Shown here piece by piece: positions 12,194-23,829 of a stretch of 64,000 nucleotides of DNA. The notes beneath the pieces are model-generated. The model made no database searches and was not told where the DNA came from. It was given only the letters and a program-made list of their open reading frames with translations. This stretch comes from Penicillus capitatus. Lineage: Eukaryota; Plantae; Chlorophyta. The first letter of the stretch is position 1; the number at the start of each line of letters is the position of its first letter. The stretch spans positions 1,105,101 to 1,169,100 of the forward strand of contig OZ287701.1 of assembly GCA_965649825.1 (NCBI GenBank), read 5' to 3'. Both the position numbers and the translations under genes were made by a program.

Positions 12194-12520
12194 TGTCATA
12201 ATCGCCAAATACAACCGTCGCGAACTGTCGTCGAATCAATAACTACCGAGGCGCCTCTGTGCCATGAAGAGCGACTGGTGCATATCCTTTGTGACAGTTT
12301 TGGATAAAGGTAGGGAGGTTGCGGGCGAACTCGTCCTGAAGTTCCTGGCAGTTAGAAGTGGAGGATTGGGAACTTTAAACCATCCTGGGTATTTAAAAGG
12401 CAACAATTTCTTGCAAATAATCTTGAGGTCTTGATGCTACAGCTGAGCGCGTTTCTATCGACGTCCTCGCGTGCTAGTTCGACTTCGCGTTTTCTTTGAA
12501 GTGTTTACACGATCCCGACA
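12194..12520 (+). repeat. LTR (TGTC...GACA) preceded by a polypurine-like tract
   Basis: ggaggaagttagg|TGTCATA...gatcccGACA; TATA-like gggtatttaaaa; 3' half homologous to the 11555 and 41420 LTRs. Confidence 0.75.
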
Positions 12521-13690
12521 GCGGGTGTTGCAGACGGTGAGTTTTATGGCCTGGAATGTCCACCTATTGGCCTACCTTCTGGAAGAACTGGATCTGTCTC
12601 TATCCGTGAACGTCTTCCAACCAGACTATTGTTAAATCTCGGAAGATTGAAGAGTTTTCGCCTCTCCGTTGCTCATGATGATCTCGATGAAGATTTCAGC
12701 CAAGGGCGATGTAAACTTCTTTGAGAATTCAGAGTCGAAAGGCGCGTGAACAATGACGATAAACCGCACTCGGATTTAGCACAGGGAATATTAGATTGAT
12801 TACGGAGAACTGTCGCGTTCAAGTAGTCGCGGTGGTTGAGGATTTCTCTAACCTTACGTCTAACGGCTGCGAGCTTTACGCCTCCTCGCACCATATCCAT
12901 AGGCCTGATAGGCTAATTATTTACTCCCAGACATCAGAGGTTTACAGTCTGCTCCAAAAATCGTTTAACATCTATCCGACAGCATACAGTCTACAACAGA
13001 AAATCCGACAATGGTATCTGTCTGGAATGGAAGCTTTCTAGATTAAACCGAACTGGAGGGACGATCAGAATAAATCTTGGCTGATGCCAACGAAGACTAG
13101 AGCACGAAACATCCCTACAGAAGAAGCAGAAGCAACGGACACACCCCAGGCGGGGCCTTCGCAAGAAGAATCAAACAGCATTATCCGTCAAAGCCTCAAC
13201 TCACGTACCCAAGCATTTCTTAACGAAGAACCAACGGGAAAAGCGTTGACCGAGACTGGGGCATTCCCATTCGGAAACAAATTCTTTCCGTCCATCCGTT
13301 TAAACCGTTCTCTGGGATATAAGCGCTCACAGTTTCTGAGTGGCCATTTTCCTTCCAAGACGTACTTCGAACGTTTCTCCATACAAACTAATGAAGACCC
13401 ACAGCTCTGCTCATGCGAGTGTGAGGATTCGCGTGATCATTTACTGTTGACATGCCCTGACTTTTCAGAACACAAACAGGGGCTCTGCTCAGACCTGGGA
13501 ATCGATCCATTCAGTCTATCGTGCCAAAAAGCAACAAGAGATTTCCAGTCCCTTGCAAAGTCTATTACGAGAGTATTACGCTGTTGAGTTTTCAAAATCT
13601 GCGAATCAAACATAAACGACCGACCTCAGGAAGGGGATTCATGCTTATTGGAGTTCTTGCCAACCTGTTTCTTTCTTTCTTTCTATCTGT
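12521..13690 (+). mobile_element. Degenerate 3' fragment of a non-LTR retrotransposon (RNase H-like + CCHC)
   Basis: SQFLSGHFPSKTYFERF..LCSCECEDSRDHLLLTCPDF; 3' motif AAGGGGAT...GCCAACCT followed by (TTTC)n. The 5' boundary is uncertain. Confidence 0.8.
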
Positions 13691-13829
13691 CCGCAAAACA
13701 AACAATCGTCAAATCGAACTGTTCTGAACAGACTTAGATTGACAGTCCCTTAGTAGCTGATATGCTCTGCCAAAAGCTACTTTAAAACCCCCACATTCTC
13801 TCTCTCGTACCATATCCATTACCCGACCG

Positions 13830-14590
13830 TTATTGGACGGCCAGGTCGGAGCTAACATCTGTCGCGACCAATGGTCTGGAACGCTTCATTGACTCCGACG
13901 AGAGTAGAGGGATAGGCAAAGATCGAGTTCTCGCAGGCACATCGGATGTCAAATTTGGGCACCTCCAGATTTTGCCGAGGTCAATGAAGGCTGCGGTTGA
14001 AAAACTAGGCTCAGGAACTAGGATACTAGTACCAGCAACGCCAGGCCTCCGGCAGCGGGTTCCGGAAGGGGAACGACAGCCAACGGTGGAATTCCGCCCG
14101 CCGGCGTCCCGAATCCTGCGGCCAGGATGGAGCCCATACGACACATGGTCTCTTCTGTCTTGTCGGCGATGGATTTTTCAAGCTTCTAACAGAAACTGGC
14201 GACTTGGGACTTGAGCGATTGGACCAGGGTAGTAGGGGCTATGGCAATGAGGACACCTTGACGAATGGCATCGACGGGATCGGACAGTATCGGCCGACGA
14301 AGACTTCTCGCTTCTTTGAGGCCGGTCCCTCCGCAGACGACCGCCATCGCCATGGCAGCGCCGTAGCATACGTGCGGGTCGTAAGATTCAAAAAGCAGGG
14401 AGAGCACTCGGGGGTATCGATATGGATCGCCGAGCAAAGAACGAATGCGAGACAGAAACGGTAGCACGACATACGTCGTCGCTGACATCGCCCACGACCG
14501 AATTCTTTGACCGCACGCGTTCCACATGACGGATCGGTTAATAATGGTCCGTTATATAACAGAAGCTGCCGACAATCACCCTTGCTGAAT
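13830..14590 (-). pseudogene. RPN2: Frameshifted internal fragment of 26S proteasome subunit RPN2/PSMD1
   Basis: VGDVSDDV, SLLFESYDPHVCYGAAMA, DPVDAIRQGVLIA, DAGGRN, FSTAAFIDL spread over several frames. Confidence 0.8.
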
Positions 14591-14802
14591 ATCATTGCGC
14601 AACTGCGTCCCTTTCAACTCGGTCCTCCCGTGGCGCAACCCGAACCGGCAACAGACTTAACTTCGAGAAGCATTGCGCAGCGCTCTTCTTTTAACTATCC
14701 ACACAGCGCATTCGATTTCTTCTTGAGTCTTTCCGGTCACCTCAAATGTTCCTCCTTCGTTGGTTGCGGCAACTCTTCAAGAATGGCGAGCCAAAGACGT
14801 CG

Positions 14803-16882
14803 ATGCTCCTCAGCGACGATTTGAACGCTCCGCTTATACTCACCGTCGACCCGAGGGGTGAAGATCGCCATTGCAGCTACTGTGTCACGTCGCATGGGGA
14901 GTGCTCACCTGGATTATTGCAATCTCCCTTTGAAACGGCTCGCCCTGTCAACGCCGACCATATCGACGTCTGCGAACGCACACTGTACGCGCAGTCTCTT
15001 CGTCGTTTTTGTGCCATTTGCCATGTAGTCATGCCATTCGAGAGGGTTCAGGAATCCAAGAGCTCATCGACACGTGTCCAGAAGACGTGCTCACGGTATT
15101 GAAAGAACTCGCCGTTGTAAAGCTCGGCACGTTCCAAGCCACCGTACGATCTTGTATGCACCATGCGCATAGGACAGAGCCGTGCCTTCTACAGGACTCC
15201 GAGGTTTTGAACGCCTTTGGAAAGAACTCTATGTTGACGATGGGATGTGAGTCGGTTGATGTTCCCGACTGGAAGGAAAAATGGACCGAACGCATCCGAC
15301 AGAAAGCATCGGCACAGAAGAGGATCGTTTCGGGTATATGATTTCGCACACCTGACCCATGGGACACGCCTCGGTCGGTGTAGTTGGATGGGAGGAACTG
15401 GTCACTCTCGGAGCGTACGCAGTGAACATTAAACATGCGGCGACGCGCGATCGTGGAGCAATTCTACAGCTTCTTTCTCAGAAACAGTCGGCTGGAGCTG
15501 CATCGCGAAAGATTTGGGAATTTCCTGCCGTGCGCGCGGTCATCAATTATCACTGGCAACATTGGGCTGAGAGATTTCTGATGGCCGCTTCTCTGCTATT
15601 CGTTGGCTGGTTCCTCTCCTTCTCCGGCTACTGCATCGTTTACATCGTGATGCTCGATGCTCAATACCAGCGAACATTTTTGATGTTTCCTGTGCAGGAA
15701 GCCGATGTCGATGCCTCCGGTATCGGAGGTGCCATACCCTGGATCCATCTCCTTTCGTATGTGCTCAACCTTCTCTGCTTCATTTTCATGTTCCCTTTCG
15801 CCGTCATGGAATACTGGACGATTGTGGAGCAAGGACGACGGTGGATTCAGCCAAGGAATGTGACGGATGTGTGTGCCATCGTGTTGCAAACCCTGATTTT
15901 TGTCTGTCACTTGCTGAACTGGTCGGTGGGTCGAGAATGGTTTGCCTACGTCCTTGCTTTGCAGTGCGTCTTCCTTCTGGCCAAACTGCAGATCTTTGGA
16001 CGGTTCGATCTCGATTCCGTCCTCGCCGGGGCCGAAGACATGTTGTTCCAGGGCGTTGAATTCCGGCGCTTCTTGCTGCGGTGTCTTTCTCTCCGTTCTG
16101 TACGATGTTCGATATCTGCTATCGTATATCTTAGCTACTGGATTTACTGCAGCCCTCTGCTTGGGTGCTATATACAAGCACGATAAAGTAGGCGACGGCT
16201 GTCTGTCTGTCACGGATGGCTGGTTTATTAAGACGCGTGTGTTTAGGGCTACACTGAACAAAAGCACCATCTCCAGTTTAATTCGTTCAGAAATGCTCTT
16301 GTGACAACATTCGAGATTGTTTTCGGCCAATTCGATGTTTCCTATATCTTCGAAGCCGACTACCCATGGATCAAGTTTATTTTCTTTTTTGGGTTTCAAA
16401 TGCTGATGACCGTAACCATGCTGAATTTGCTGATCGCCGTAATGACACAATCGTACTCCAAAGTCACGCTGCTGTTCGCAAAGGAGCGCATCACAGTGGT
16501 ATCTGCGTGATCTAGTTATCGGAGAATCATCGCTCTCGCTACAATAGCGGGAGAGCAAGTATGATTGATGAGCTAGAGGCTCTAAACATTCCGTCCATCT
16601 TCTGCGGCGAGATGCATCCTTACATCCACTTCTTAGTGGTTGAAAACAAACCGAGGTGCGGTCTCTCTCCTCTGTGCGTCTAGCACTGGGTTTTGTTGCA
16701 GGGTCTCTCAGGAAGCCCCTCGGGCCAGTTGCGTAGCTCCGGATGGGTCCCTTGAGGAACTGAGACAGAAAGTAGATTCGATGACAAGCCAAATCAAGGT
16801 CTTCTGCGCATGCGCACATTGCTGCCTGACGCGTTCTCTCTGCCGCCAGATATTGATCGATCTGCTGAATACGAAGCAGTAG
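14803..16882 (+). CDS. TRP-family cation channel, paralog A (apparently intact, multi-exon)
   Basis: WEFPAVRAVINYHWQHWAERFL pre-S1 motif, six TM segments, pore TTFEIVFGQFD, S6 TMLNLLIAVMTQSYSK, TRP-box-like GRASMIDELE; exons join in frame. Confidence 0.85.
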
Positions 16883-17467
16883 GTGAAGACAACAGGAGTA
16901 TGCAGTTTTTCTGTTTGTTCTAAGAAATGCCTTTGCCTGGCACGGTTCCAGATTTTTAGCTTTCCCGAGTAACAGAATCTCCGAGAAATATCTTCGAGGC
17001 GCATCTTTAGCGCGGTCTCGACCTTCTCGGTCATGAACTGACAGAGTGCGGACCCGGCGTCCTCTTCTGGCGAATTCTTTAGCCGGCAGTATGGTTGTTT
17101 GCATTCAATATGTCAAGCGGTCAACAGTCCGGGAGAGGACGGGCGATTGCGGTCGGGTCCTCTGTCGATGAAATCTTTCTTCTTATCTAGCGAAGGCACT
17201 GTTCTTAGCCAATGATAAACCGATCCCGCAAACGTTGTATCATTCATCGTGCACAATGACAGCACTTTCTATGGAAACCGGCACAAGTGCGGCAACAGCC
17301 ACACTTGACCTTCCGCAGTCTCTGCCCTCTCGCGCGATACGCCGATCGCAGCGGCCGATCGCTTGGGGAAACGAACGCCGTCTGCTGTGCATCTTTCTTT
17401 ATTGTTCGTCCCAACTCATCAGTCGTACTGTTCAGCCATTCTATCAGCGCATCATAAGGAATCAATT

Positions 17468-19002
17468 CTAACAGAGATTCAGGAAGAATGAGACTAAAGG
17501 GGAGAGCCGAATCCACAGCATCATGTCTCCATTCGAATTGAGAGGTCGAAAGGCCAGCGGAACGTCGTCGAACATCTTCACAAGATCATTGAGGCACTCC
17601 GTTCGATGCTGCCGGCCACACACTCCTCTTCACGCCATGCTGCTGATCGGAAGAGTGCATACCCGATTGTGGTGCGCATCGCTGCTGATGCCTTTCACTT
17701 TGAACGGTCCCTTTCCGGAATCCGTAACCCTGTTCAAAGGCAGACGTTTTGGGAGTCCGTCCGTCCGTTGGGGAGAGATGACCATGGACTGTTGACGAAT
17801 TTTGCAGGCTCGGAACTGTAGTTGGCGATCAGAAGCTGCATCGCAATGTCTTCGCAGTTGCTGACCCAGAGACCAAACCCTTTAGGGGAACAAACACACG
17901 GTGTCTTACTGTTTTGCATCGACGTAGTCTCGAATGCTCTGCGGCATCCTTTCCGAAAAGATCGTCAAGTAAGCTGCATCGCACACATTGCCCGCCCTCG
18001 TGCACACATCCAAGAGACGCAGACCTCCGTGGAACAGTGCGGCTTTCGTGAGAAGCATCGAGTATCTCCCTTCAACGTACGTCTTCGTCCCCAGGAAGTA
18101 TTCGTATCTGCGGCGCAGACGTGAACGTGTACACGAGAGAGGGCGTCTGTACGTGCATCCTTCGTCGATGCTGTGTGCCCGTGGGAAGAACCCGACCAAA
18201 GAACTCTTGCTCTCTTTCCAGACCTGCTCGTCTCAACAGCCATCTCGAAGAGAATCGGGCGTCGGGGATACGTGCTTTGAAAACTCTGTGCAGATCTGAG
18301 CACGTTGCGTAGATATCGTCGTCGATGCTCATGACAGCCTCCGTCTCCAAACCTACGCAGCACTCGTGGACGCGCTCTCACTCGCGAAGACGTGAAGTAC
18401 TCTCCAGCGGAGCGAATCGATTGTTCAGACTGGTGCCGTTCATGACATCGTAGAGCACGCTGACACCTTTGGCATCGATTCTGGCAGGCGGCGGCTCTCC
18501 GTCTTCGCACCAGACGACACGAATCTGGTGCACGATCGACGTGCACTTGGAGTAGTGCCGGATCGATCGCTGCATCAGATCCAGTCGATGAAAGGAATTC
18601 AGCATCAGCGTCAGCCGATTCTCGAACAGAACTGAAACCGACAGGTCCATGCGAGCAGCCTCGCAGAGACACGCACCGGGCTGGTTGGAATGGACTGGCA
18701 GGGGCGACACCGTTTCTGCAGGACGTCGCCGAACGCAGTGGTGCATCTCTTCGGCAAGCCGTGGTCTCCCGTTCAGAATCGTCCCCATGAACATGCCTAT
18801 GACCGAGCGGTTCATGGAGGTGCGCAGGAGGGCGGTCGTGACATGGGACGACGAACAGGAGCAGCCAGGGCCCTGTGCATAGATGCAGGCTTCTCGGTCG
18901 CCAGAATCGAATGGGTGCGGAATTCGGACGGGCGGCTTTTGAGCGACAGAAGGCCAAGAACGACGGCCGACGTCGTTTTCCGCGATCGGACTCTAAATCC
19001 AT
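17468..19002 (-). CDS. Glycosyltransferase family 64 (EXTL2/EPC1-like), copy 1
   Basis: LTLMLNSFHR, SLNNRF, TEAVMSIDDD (DxD), LVGFFPRAH, YSMLLTKAALFH, NCEDIAMQLLIAN, GISSDAHH..RTECLN; ~8 short introns. The N-terminal splice is uncertain. Confidence 0.88.
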
Positions 19003-19227
19003 TCCTCGCCACCTCGTCGGCGAAACGGACGGAATGCCTCTCTTCACACAGAGAAGACGCTCCGCGGTCGTACGGTCTTGCCTAGGGACGTCCCATCGCG
19101 TCACCTCACGAATCGCTGCGCAGGGACACAACACAGACACTGTTTACATTGGACATCAACCACCCATCTATCGAAAGCAATCGTCTAATAATTGGCGTCA
19201 ACTCAACGCCTGCGGCTTGGTATCGCA

Positions 19228-21575
19228 CTAGTTGTTGGTTCCATTGGATCTTGTTTCTGTTGGAAGTGCTCGGGTGGCGGACTTCAGCTGATTGAGAACG
19301 TCCTGCAGAAGAGACCATCTGAATCCACCGGCAGAGATCGTTGCTGATCAGAGCTTACATCCAATTTCGTCGAGAGATGTCGGACTTCGCGTCTCAAGTC
19401 CTCCACTTCCAGATGCTGTTCGACTCCGTGGGCCGGACGTTTCATACTTGTGTTGCGAGAAACCCTTCATGCCACAGATGATGTCAAGACCGTCGATTCA
19501 GACAGAAGGCTAGGCTTACGCAGCTGTGTTCTTCTTCTCCTTCTCCACGGTCAGGAAATGAAGATAACGCTTCGGATCTGGCGTGATGAACTTGGTAAAC
19601 GGCAAATCGTACATCTCGTTGATGGCTTGGGCTCTTCCCCTGTAAAGCTGTGCCATTTTGTCTCCAGCCGTCTGGGCAATGAGACATATATTGAGTGACA
19701 CAGAATGCAAGACGGATGGCGGCACACCTCGCTGTAGGCCTGGGACATTGCAGCGATGAGCAGGTTCAGAACCGTAATCGTCATCAGGATTTGGAATCCG
19801 AAGTAAAAAATGAACTTAACCCAGGAGGACTCTGCGTCGAAGATATAGTGAAGCTCAAAGTTTCCAAAGATGATCTGAAATGTCGTCATCAGTAGTTTCT
19901 TCACATTCCTAAATTCGTCGTGGCATTCGTGATATTGCTGCAGAGCACAGAGCCGATGATTCTGTTTGTCAAATAGAAGATTGAAGGGCCGACCTCGTCG
20001 TGTCGGTAAAGAGATCCGATACAAAGGGAGGCGGCCACACCAGCAATTAATATATATACAATCCACAATCGCACGGCATAGATAACCTCGATAGCAGAGT
20101 CCAAAAAAGTTGATCCTTCCCCCAGTAGCCTGAGAAAATGGGCACACACCATCCTTCGATGGTCTCAGCGACAAGTCTCAGGGTTACCTGAAGTAGCGTT
20201 GTACTTGGACGAGAAGAAGTATGGTCTGGGTGGCCAGCAGCCATCCAAACCATTCCTCGGTCAGGCCTTGATTTGTCATGTGAAGAATAAAGATGACAGC
20301 TTGGAGGACCTGCAGACAGATGTCCGCCAGATTCTGCAGCTCAAACCACCCATATTTCTGCGTCACCATGGACCAGAGCTCTTGGACAAGGAATGGACAC
20401 GAGCAGACAAAGCAAATAATGTTGGTGATGTGTGTCAGCAGAGTAATGGTGCTATCGCCAGAGAAGGCCCCGGAGTCATGCTTAATATCACAGAGGAACT
20501 CTTCTTTCAGTATGACAGAATTCTCGCAGCTGAATGCAGACTCGTCGGAGACGTCAACAGGAGAATCTGCACTGGCATCACTGGCATCTGTGATGTCCTT
20601 GTCAGAATACGAAGGACAATGCGTCCGAGAATCCTACAGCATAGAGTCCGTCCGTCCATGTCGACCGAATGGAGGCAGGAGAACAAACGATATAGAGGCA
20701 GATGTAGAGACCGAAGGATACGGTCCAGATCAGGAAGATGCAGAAAACGGCAAGGAGGAAGCGTCGTGCCCAGTGACTCCAGTGATAGTCGACCACAGCA
20801 CGAACAGCCGGAAACTCCCAGACCGAATACGTGGCAGCACCGGAGCCGGATTTCTGGAGAAGAAGGGAGAGAAGATTCCCTTCCTTTGGATTTGCAATAT
20901 CTCGCATGCAAACGACATACGCTGTCAGGGTCACCATCTCTTCCCAGCCCACTACACACCACAGGCACAGCTGACCCCAGGGTCATCCGTCTCGAGGGGC
21001 TCCCCACCATCGATGTGTTGTATGTTCCTCGTCACACGTCCCGCGATGAACTCCGTCCAGTTCGCCTCCCAGTAGGGATCATCTTCCAGATCCGAACATC
21101 GCGTCAGGAAATTGCATCGATTAAAGGCACGCAGGATGTCAGAGTCCTATCGAGATGCATCGTTAGGTGGTATCGAGGAATGACGATTTTGCCGGACCTT
21201 TGCCTTGAATGTGCCTTGTTTTGCGACGAGCATGTTTTTCAGAACAGTCAGCACATCATCTGGACATGCATCGATAAGATCCTGAAGCGAGCATTCGGTC
21301 CTCAACATCAGCCTAAGACAGCCACAGTTGCACACAGCACGACCGCTGCGGTACGTCTACACTGTTGCTGGATCGACATCGACACAATCCTCAGGAAACA
21401 CCGATTCGCTAAACGGAGACGCAGCGCCCGCCAAAAACGTGTCGATTTCGGATGGCTGTGTCAGAATGGAAGTAGTGTGCCTCTCAATGATGATATCATC
21501 TCTCTCTTCGTCCACCGGCGCCAGTTGCTGGTAGAGATGCGAGACAGGCGAGTTCTTTCCTCTCCAGTTTTTCAT
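19228..21575 (-). CDS. TRP-family cation channel, paralog B (apparently intact)
   Basis: WEFPAVRAVVDYHWSHWARRFLL, pore TTFQIIFGNFE, S6 VLNLLIAAMSQAYSE, RGRAQAINEM; exons join in frame across ~50-nt introns. Confidence 0.85.
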
Positions 21576-21900
21576 GTCCTCTCAAATTGGCGTGCGAACA
21601 GCGGCGGTCGGCTCAAGAAAGCTGCAACGACGACGTGGGAAAAAATAACACGCGGACTTTGGACGTTTTGAGCAGACGGCTTATGGATGTCTAGGGCTCA
21701 GCGCTAAAACGACTGACTGCCTAAACAAAGGATGCTGCCGCTGATGACGATGACGATGACGTAATCCGATTTGCAGGAAAGAGGTAGGCGGTCGCCAGGG
21801 GCATGTATCCCTGTCGTCCAGATCGGAAGCTACAAAGCTGATTTAAATGATTGTATGCAATTGAAATTAATAGTGTGCAGGATGAAATCAAAACAATAAT

Positions 21901-23053
21901 TTTTTTAGGTTGGCGGTACTTACATCCCCTTTTAAAGTGAAACATCAGAGGAGAGGCCGGACACATTGTTCATTGTTCATAATGACTCAAACTAGTTCAT
22001 GTGGATTAACACCACCTTCTTCCTTGTGAGTTCCATTCTCTTGCGATGTTGTCGAGGAATGCCGCCAGCGAGCTCGGGGCATTCCAAAGAGAGTGAGATT
22101 GCCCTTCACTAGTTAACAGTTCTTGCTGGTAAGTCCTTCGGATGCCATCAAATCGGGTGCAGGAGTGGAGCAGGTGATCTCTGTCTTCGTCTCCTTGCCC
22201 ACATTCGCAGGTTGCGTCTACCTTCATGAGGTTGAAGCGCTTAAGATACGCCTTTGACGGGAAGTGATTCGCCAGAAACTGGTTGACCCGAGAGGCGTTA
22301 ATACGCTGCAGTCTTCTTGATGGGAAGTGGCCTTTGCCTGTTGTTGGCTGTAGATCCAGCACCGCTCTACCCTTGTCCGCAGTCGCCTGTTGTGCCTGTG
22401 CTAAGCTGTTTAGCGTGAAGCTGATGTGTCTTTTGCACCAGCCAAGGTCAGTGTAAGTGGCATGATCCAGTCTGGTCCGATCTTGAGACATGAGGAGCTC
22501 TGCTGTTCTTTTTGCTGCTTGATAGGGGCTTCTTCCTGGGGCCCAGTTCTGCGTAAACCAGTTGACTTTGTTTCCTGCTCGTCTCCAGCTGATCCACCAT
22601 TTTTGGATGTGATGCATATTCTCTGTCACGTTGAATGGATTCGTGCGCTCTTTCTGATACATCACTCTTCTAGTTATGATGCCGAGGGACTGCGGCCGAT
22701 TCTCCGTTTGCCTTAGATCTGACAGGGAGAGTAAACCTTCCCTGATAGCCGAGAGCACCACTTCCTTTACTGTTTGATGCGGCGCCACGAGGACCCCTCT
22801 CCCTGAACGCTCTTCCGGTCCTGTGAGCTTCCAAATCACAAGTGACATTGTGCCAGAGGTGCAGGGCTGCTCCGTTTCTGCGATAGCCAAAATCCACGTT
22901 GGTCGTTGATCCTGATCTTCCTCATCAGCCTCTAAGGCCGCCAGCTGTTCCGGAGGGAAGCTGCATAACCATCTGTCTGGGAGGCGGATGTTCAGTCCAT
23001 TTGGGAGACTTCGATGCCATTGTCGTGTGGTTATCTGCCTTCTATGGGACGCC
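21901..23053 (-). mobile_element. 5'-truncated LINE insertion with short poly(A) and 14-bp TSD
   Basis: TSD ATCAAAACAATAAT at 21887-21900 and 23054-23067; T6 at 21901; open frame through an RNase H-like region and CECGQGDEDRDHLLHSC; the empty site is present in the paralogous block at 39285-39298. Confidence 0.92.
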
Positions 23054-23829
23054 ATCAAAACAATAATAGAAGAACAAGGATATGTAAGAAACGCAGACAG
23101 TTTTCGTGCAAGCTTGGGTGAAGGATGATGTGTTAGATGGAAGGTCAGAGATCGTCGGCTAGATCCAAATGCTTTCATCCGAGCCTCTTGAGTGAGTAGG
23201 GCTGTGCACCAGAGCAGATGGTTGCTGGTTTCAGGATGCTTTGAGTAGAGACGGTATTTAGTATCTGAAAGGTCATGGCCACGCGCCACAAAGTAGAATC
23301 TTATTGGGAAATGTGCGAATAGAGACACGAAGATCAGCCGGGCGTCTAATCTATTCATGTTGGTCTGTGGAACAGGTTTGGCATGTGTGTGGTGTATCTA
23401 GCCTGGTTCTTTGATCCCAGTGGCCTTTGAGCCTGTAGTCCAAAAGCGAGAGAGATGGTCTTATATGTAGCTTCTGACGGTAGCCTTGAAATGCTTTTGT
23501 CCATAACAGGAGTAGGTGACATTATGGATGATTCGCAGCAGGGTCCGACATCACATGGAACGCCCGATTGGCGGAGTCTTCGAATTTTTGTCCGCGGTAG
23601 GTCTGTCGGAGAACAGTGCGTTGCCCTGTCGGTCATGAGTTTAAGTCTCTGATGTTTTCTTTCAGGATCCGTGGTCCGAGGACAAGAAGCTCGTATGTTA
23701 CATGTTCTTTGATGGGCCACGGTTAGGCTAGTGTTCTCTGATGAATTGCGATGGTGATCATCTAAAAAAATGAACACATAAACGAACGCGCACAATCAAA
23801 GAATTGTAACCGCGATCTACACGTTTTTG

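Noticed and set aside
15596-17104. 502-aa minus-strand ORF (and a 490-aa plus-strand ORF at 20199-21671, with copies at 37912 and 62551)
   Set aside because: These are antisense shadows of the spliced TRP genes with no recognisable domain. Recurrence is explained by recent duplication, and their lengths differ among copies. Their length is somewhat surprising, so stranded RNA-seq would settle it.
17965-19140. 391-aa ORF overlapping GT64
   Set aside because: It is an alternative-frame read-through across GT64 exons and introns; the GT64 motifs lie in other frames.
22006-23358. 450-aa ORF as a single gene
   Set aside because: It is a chimera: only 22006-23053 belongs to the LINE, and the N-terminal ~100 aa come from flanking DNA across the TSD junction.
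23737-23790. Hammerhead ribozyme cores at CTGATGA occurrences (also 21742, 26834, 56899)
   Set aside because: No flanking stems or downstream GAAA in the required geometry were found by eye.
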